Shown here: piece by piece, positions 34,294-38,693 of the stretch | Layout of the letters: the number at the start of each line of letters is the position of its first letter | How positions within the stretch are numbered: position 1 is the first letter of the stretch | Source of the DNA: Bacteroidales bacterium | Lineage (GTDB): Bacteria > Bacteroidota > Bacteroidia > Bacteroidales > JAGODS01 | NCBI GenBank assembly: GCA_017998135.1 | Contig: JAGODS010000002.1 | Location: 1-38,693 of the forward strand | Length of the DNA: 38,693 nucleotides | Direction: 5' to 3' | Made by a program: the position numbers and the translations under genes | Notes under the pieces: model-generated | Seen by the model: the letters and a program-made list of their open reading frames with translations, nothing else | Told to the model about the DNA's origin: nothing | The model's database searches: none

Positions 34294-35442
34294 ATGATAA
34301 AAAGATTATTACAAGAAAAAATTAATACGCGGTTTAATGATAATAAAGCAATAATAATAACTGGTCCGAGACAAGCTGGAAAGACAACATTAATGAAGGA
34401 AATATCAAAGGACCTTGAAAAACCATTTATTTACTGGAATGGAGATGAAGCTGATATAAAAATTATGCTGGAAAATGCAACATCATCAGCATTAAGAAAC
34501 CTGATTGGAAATAATAAAATTATATTTTTTGATGAGGCGCAACGGATTCAAAACATTGCATTATGTATTAAACTGATTGTTGACAATATAAAAGATGTTA
34601 AAGTAATCGCTACAGGTTCTTCTTCTTTTCAACTTACAAATATAATAAATGAACCATTAACAGGCAGAAAATGGGAATTTATGCTCTATCCTCTTTCCTT
34701 TGAAGAAATGGCTGCAAATTCCGGTATAAATGAAGAACTGCGGTTATTAGAACAAAGAATGGTTTATGGTTATTATCCTGATGTAGTTAATAATCCTGCC
34801 CAATCAAAAGATATTTTAAAGGAACTTAGCGGGAGCTATTTATATAAAGACCTTTTATTATGGGAAAATATCCTGAAACCTGATAAATTGGAAAAATTAA
34901 TACAGGCTATCGCTTTCCAAATAGGAAATGAAGTATCGTTTAATGAGTTATCAAATATTACAGGTTTAAATAATGAAACAGTTGAACGTTATATAGATCT
35001 GCTTGAGAAAACTTATGTAATTTTTCGTTTAGGTTCATTCAGCAGAAACTTAAGGTCAGAACTAAAAAAGAGCAGAAAAATATATTTTGTTGACAACGGA
35101 ATACGAAACGCAGTGATAAATAATTTTAATCCCTTAGCCTTACGTGATGATACAGGAAAATTATGGGAAAACTGGCTCGTATCTGAAAGAATTAAATATA
35201 TAAAATATCATTCTCTTTATTCAAATCAATATTTCTGGAGAACATATAATCAGCAGGAAATTGATTATATAGAAGAAAGAGACGGAACAATGTTTGCTTA
35301 CGAATTCAAATGGAGTAAAAAAACTAAATATAAATTTCCAAATTTTTATAGTAAAACCTACCCTGACAGCAAAAACAAAATCATTAACAGGGAGAATTTT
35401 ATTGATTTTATCACAATGCAAAATAAAGAACATACTATTTGA
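34294..35442 (+). CDS. AAA_14 / DUF4143 ATPase (COG1373-type)
   Basis: Walker A IITGPRQAGKTTL, Walker B IIFFDEAQRI, ATGSS, YFVDNGIRN, and a C-terminal nuclease-fold-like QQEIDYIEERDGTMFAYEFKWSKK. Confidence 0.88.
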   Translation: MIKRLLQEKINTRFNDNKAIIITGPRQAGKTTLMKEISKDLEKPFIYWNGDEADIKIMLENATSSALRNLIGNNKIIFFDEAQRIQNIALCIKLIVDNIKDVKVIATGSSSFQLTNIINEPLTGRKWEFMLYPLSFEEMAANSGINEELRLLEQRMVYGYYPDVVNNPAQSKDILKELSGSYLYKDLLLWENILKPDKLEKLIQAIAFQIGNEVSFNELSNITGLNNETVERYIDLLEKTYVIFRLGSFSRNLRSELKKSRKIYFVDNGIRNAVINNFNPLALRDDTGKLWENWLVSERIKYIKYHSLYSNQYFWRTYNQQEIDYIEERDGTMFAYEFKWSKKTKYKFPNFYSKTYPDSKNKIINRENFIDFITMQNKEHTI

Positions 35443-35498
35443 TTATTAACCGTGAAGCTACCAAATTGCAATTAAAAAGTAATAAATTAGTATATTAG

Positions 35499-35827
35499 CG
35501 GCTTATCCAATTAGTGCGTTTATATTTAAAGGCGCCGAGATGCGAAGAATTATAATTGAAATATAATTAAGGACATCTCTAAAAACTCCGTTTTCCCTCT
35601 CTTGATTTTAGGAGAGGGTAAGGGTGAGGTTAAATTTTTATTAGTTTTTAGAAGTCCCCTTAAATTAGACCTTATACAACAGTCTCAATTGTTAAATTAG
35701 CACATTGTCACATCAGCACATTAGCACATCGGCAAATAGGCACATCGGCACATAAGCAAATTAGCACATCAGCACATTAGCACATCGGCACATTAGCAAA
35801 TCGGCACATCAGCACATCAGCACATTT
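35499..35827. repeat. right direct repeat flanking the AAA_14/DUF4143 gene, ending in a 16-unit 8-bp array
   Basis: Same core as 33961-34148, nearly identical over about 140 bp (35549-35686). It is followed by 16 head-to-tail GCACATYR units (35700-35827). These were read unit by unit, and every unit is exactly 8 bp. Confidence 0.92.
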
Positions 35828-35828
35828 T

Positions 35829-36865
35829 TTAGTCTAAGTCTTTGATTTCTTTTTCAATAAGTTTGAATTTGTCATTAATGTCGTCTGCATTATAAAAGGC
35901 GAAGAGATCCTGTCTGGTAAGATCGCCTTGCTGTAAAAATTTATCAAAGTATGTTTTATTGAACTCTATAAAAAGCATACTTTTGTGCAATTGTTCAAGA
36001 ATTTTTTTATTGTTTTTGATATTGTCTTCAACTAATTTTTTGATTGACATAATTTCTTCCATTGCTTTAATAATTCTGTTAATAAGCATAGAAAGCAGAT
36101 TCAAATCGTATTTTTTTTGTTTAGCATTAATAGCAATGTCTCGTGCAAGCAGATAGGCAATAAAAAGATTATCATAATATCCTTTATTAGTATCAATAAT
36201 AGCAATAAAGCCTACATTAGGAATAAATGCAACATTTTCGGTGAATTTGAGTATAGTAGCATCAATAAGTGAGCGATCTAATACAATAATGCTTACTTTA
36301 GCGTCCCGGTTAACCAGCGCTTCTAAGAGCTGACTCCAGGCAGTATCTGTTTTATTAGAAAATATATCTTTATTGGATATATCGCCGAGTTTAATATGTT
36401 TGTCAAATTTGCATTCAATAGTAATTTTAATATCAGGTTTATCTTCTAAACTGCAAAGTATATCGCCGGTTTTATTTTTGGGTATTGAGCCTGGTATTGT
36501 ACCTGTTAAAGCTACTGTGTCCTTAATATTTTTAGATTTGAGGTATTCGTCAAGTACCTGAGCAATAGCATTTTCTTCAATTAGTCCCTTGGTAGCGGTT
36601 TTAAGAATAGTTCCTTTTTCATATCAAAGATAAGTTTGAGGCTTTCTAATTGAGTGCCGAGTTCATTGCTGGTTTTGGCGAAGAAAGTAGAGAGCCTGTC
36701 TTCCATTAGAGCGAGAGTGCCTATATATAAGGCTCTAAAGAACTGCTCATCTCTTTCGGTTTCCTTAAGTTTGCCAAAATATTGAAAGATAATAGGATTA
36801 TCTATTTCAAAGGCATTTACTTCAAGTCTTTGAAGTTGCTGGTTAAGATTCTTGATAATTTTCAT
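35829..36865 (-). pseudogene. frameshifted ~345-codon gene encoding a protein with a D..ECK (PD-(D/E)xK-like) motif
   Basis: The N-terminal ORF (36865-36581, 94 aa) overlaps a second frame that I translated codon by codon. That frame is open from 36623 to the stop at 35829 (265 codons), but its only start is a TTG at 36104. The shift must lie in 36581-36623, most simply at the A5 run (plus-strand T5 at 36615-36619). The motif is GDILCSLEDKPDIKITIECKFDK (nt 36408-36466). Confidence 0.7.
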
Positions 36866-36917
36866 AAAATTTAATTATTGAATAAAATGCAAATTTGTAT
36901 TTAATTTTTCAAACTTC

Positions 36918-36925
36918 CAAATATA
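36918..36925 (-). promoter_or_regulatory. candidate -7 promoter box (TATATTTG on minus strand)
   Basis: Plus-strand CAAATATA, 53 nt upstream of ATG 36865. Confidence 0.3.
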
Positions 36926-37158
36926 TTTTATAAATAAAAGTTAAAAAACGTTTATAATGATAGCTTACAAATGCTAAAACGCTTATTTTATATTTTTTTG
37001 AAAATATGGACTCTGCACCTAACGGTAGCCTGTGTCTGACCTTTTATTGTTTTATACTATAAAGGGGTTAAATATTAACTATTGAAATTATTTATGAGTT
37101 TGCTATAAAAAGTCTATTTTTATAAATATGTCCATTTTTAATAAATTAAAGAAATTTG

Positions 37159-37227
37159 TTGTAACTACTCATTAGCTGATTAATAAGAAATAATAAAGGT
37201 TTCAAAACATACATAATTTTATTTTTT
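37159..37227. repeat. intergenic element, copy 2 (TTGTAACTACTCATTAGCTGATTA .. TTTCAAAACATACATAATTTTATTTTT)
   Basis: A 24/25 match to 27228-27252, and a similar 3' block to 27290-27325. Confidence 0.75.
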
Positions 37228-37388
37228 AAATATAGATATTAATAGGACAAAAATAGAATATTATTTGAACTTAAAATTAAGTAAAGACTTTGTTTCATTT
37301 TCTATTCCAAAGCTTTAACATTTTTTTCCCTTAGTATTAATAAAATATTATTAATTTAGCTCTTTTAAATTTTAAGCTTTTATCTAAG

Positions 37389-38387
37389 ATGAACCTTAGT
37401 CAATATATTAAAGAACTGTTATTTAAAACCAATTATGTAGTTATCCCTAATTTTGGTGCTTTCATCATAAATTATTCGGATTCACATATTAATTCAGCTA
37501 ATAATTTTTTTTCTCCCCCTTCGGCAGGTATCAGTTTTAATATCAATTTGAACAAAAATGACGGTGCTCTCGCAAATTTCATCTCCCGAAAACTTAATAT
37601 TACATATCACGAAGCTCTTAGGATTGTTAAAGAATATTCAGATGAGCTTAATATGCGTCTCTATTCTAATAAATCCATTGTATTTGATAGTATTGGCGAA
37701 ATAAAACTTAACAAAAATAATAATATTGAATTTCAATCTTATCAGTCCGAGCTTTTATTTCCTTACTCTTACGGGTTGTCTGGTTTTATTGCTTATCCCG
37801 CTAACAGAAATGTTCTGACAAAAAAAATAGAGAAAAACCTTATAAATAAAACTAACCAGTTTAAATCTAAAAGAATTTATAATACTACTAAATGGGCAGC
37901 GGCGGCGGCTATATTAGTTTTTATCTCCCTGCTTATAATCAATAGGTTTAACCGTTATGATTCAGACTTTGTTTATACAGATCTTTTTTCTCATATAAGT
38001 TCTAAAATTTATAATTCTCACATAACAAACACTGATATTAAAAAATCGCCCCTTATTATTGATAAAGCAGTTGAGCCTAATATTTCTTCTTCCGAACAGC
38101 CTGTCAGCAAACAAAGAGCTGAAAATAAAAATGAATCAGGACAGGAGCCTATATCCGAAAGTGAATATTTTATTATTTGCGGTTGTTTTAGTATGGAAGA
38201 AAATGCAAATGCTTTAGTAAAAGAATTAACCGATAAAGGCTATAATGCCTTTATTTGCGGTAAAACTAAAAATAATTTATTCAGAGTTACATACGGTTTG
38301 TACAAAAATATGAATTCAGCCCTTACAGAATTACAACAAATTAAAAATTCTGATAACCCTTCTGCCTGGATACTTAGAAAAAATTAG
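37389..38387 (+). CDS. HU-CCDC81-like N-terminal domain / TM / C-terminal SPOR domain protein
   Basis: The N-terminus LSQYIKELLFKTNYVVIPNFGAFIINYS is an HU-like fold motif. A TM helix follows (WAAAAAILVFISLLIINRF). The C-terminal YFIICGCFSMEENANALVKELTDKGYNAFICGKTKNNLFRVTYGLY is a SPOR repeat. Confidence 0.8.
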   Translation: MNLSQYIKELLFKTNYVVIPNFGAFIINYSDSHINSANNFFSPPSAGISFNINLNKNDGALANFISRKLNITYHEALRIVKEYSDELNMRLYSNKSIVFDSIGEIKLNKNNNIEFQSYQSELLFPYSYGLSGFIAYPANRNVLTKKIEKNLINKTNQFKSKRIYNTTKWAAAAAILVFISLLIINRFNRYDSDFVYTDLFSHISSKIYNSHITNTDIKKSPLIIDKAVEPNISSSEQPVSKQRAENKNESGQEPISESEYFIICGCFSMEENANALVKELTDKGYNAFICGKTKNNLFRVTYGLYKNMNSALTELQQIKNSDNPSAWILRKN

Positions 38388-38410
38388 TCAATTTTCGCTC
38401 TTAGTTTTAT

Positions 38411-38692
38411 ATGCCTAAACATAAACTGCAGAGGTTTGCAGATATTAAAACTTATTATAATGTCCTTGAACCAACTTATAAGGAAATTATTAATGATTAT
38501 AAATATAAAGGTAAATGGAATTCTCTTTTTTTTAAAAATAATAATCCTCTTTGCCTTGAATTAGGCTGCGGTAAAGGTGAATATACTGTCTGGTTTGCCT
38601 CTAACAGACAACATATTAATCATTTAGGCATTGACATTAAAGGCGCAAGAATATGGAGAGGCGCCAAAAACCTTATTGAGCAAAATATCTAA
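38411..38692 (+). CDS. trmB: tRNA (guanine-N7)-methyltransferase TrmB, N-terminal 93 codons only, closed by TAA at 38690-38692
   Basis: Contains KHKLQRFADI, KGKWNSLFFKNNNPLCLELGCGKGEYTVWFA and LGIDIKGARIWRGAK. A full TrmB is about 220 aa. The ORF hits a stop one base before the window end. Confidence 0.75.
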   Translation: MPKHKLQRFADIKTYYNVLEPTYKEIINDYKYKGKWNSLFFKNNNPLCLELGCGKGEYTVWFASNRQHINHLGIDIKGARIWRGAKNLIEQNI

Positions 38693-38693
38693 A

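Noticed and set aside
35700-35827. CRISPR array
   Set aside because: The period is 8 bp with no spacers, no repeat of CRISPR length, and no cas genes. It is a microsatellite-like tandem array.
33961-35827. Transposon, IS or MITE carrying the AAA_14 gene
   Set aside because: The flanking repeats are direct, not inverted. No transposase or integrase is present in the window, and I could not identify target-site duplications. I report them as recombination-prone direct repeats instead.
1-38693. tRNA, rRNA, tmRNA or RNase P genes
   Set aside because: I scanned the intergenic regions for T-loop-like GGTTCRAAT motifs and cloverleaf-sized G/C-rich blocks. The only G/C-rich intergenic segments are the palindromic repeats described above.

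Overview
AT-rich window (about 30% GC by eye, very uneven) that looks like a Bacteroidota chromosome. Three things point that way: a 2620-aa surface protein ending in a T9SS-type C-terminal sorting domain, lipoprotein signals followed by K/D-rich stretches, and repeated exact TAnnTTTG (-7 box) motifs upstream of start codons. Housekeeping genes are tryptophanase-family lyase, an MGMT/ATL-like protein, mutS2, mtnA, mannose-1-phosphate guanylyltransferase, an HU/SPOR protein and a trmB fragment. They are interspersed with accessory blocks. (1) The best candidate for a new system is at 17.96-27.1 kb. Two convergent paralogous lipoprotein genes carry a papain-like Gln/Cys/His/Asp signature and flank a lipoprotein serpin with an inhibitory-type reactive-centre loop. 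Next to them are a tail-fibre-like secreted protein and a decayed, 5'-truncated third paralog. (2) At 31.3-36.9 kb there is a classical-clade AAA ATPase with an unknown N-terminal region plus a small ORF. There is also an AAA_14/DUF4143 ATPase bracketed by 240-330 bp direct repeats, and a frameshifted gene with a D...ECK (PD-(D/E)xK-like) motif. (3) At 12.3-14.5 kb lies an extremely AT-rich islet encoding a zinc-ribbon membrane protein, a DUF4328-like membrane protein and a signal-peptide HNH nuclease. (4) The intergenic space holds several short repeat families. These include 8-bp-period arrays (GCACATYR / AATGTGCC) that abut stop codons in a fixed orientation, a CCTCACCC..CCCTCTCCT/AGGAGAGGG palindromic element, GGCGAAGC hairpins, an 11-bp tandem array and a 33-bp perfect palindrome. 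A C8 tract inside the giant adhesin gene is a possible slipped-strand switch. I saw no rRNA, tRNA, CRISPR array, transposase or integrase. All family assignments come from motif recognition by eye; no searches or alignments were computed.
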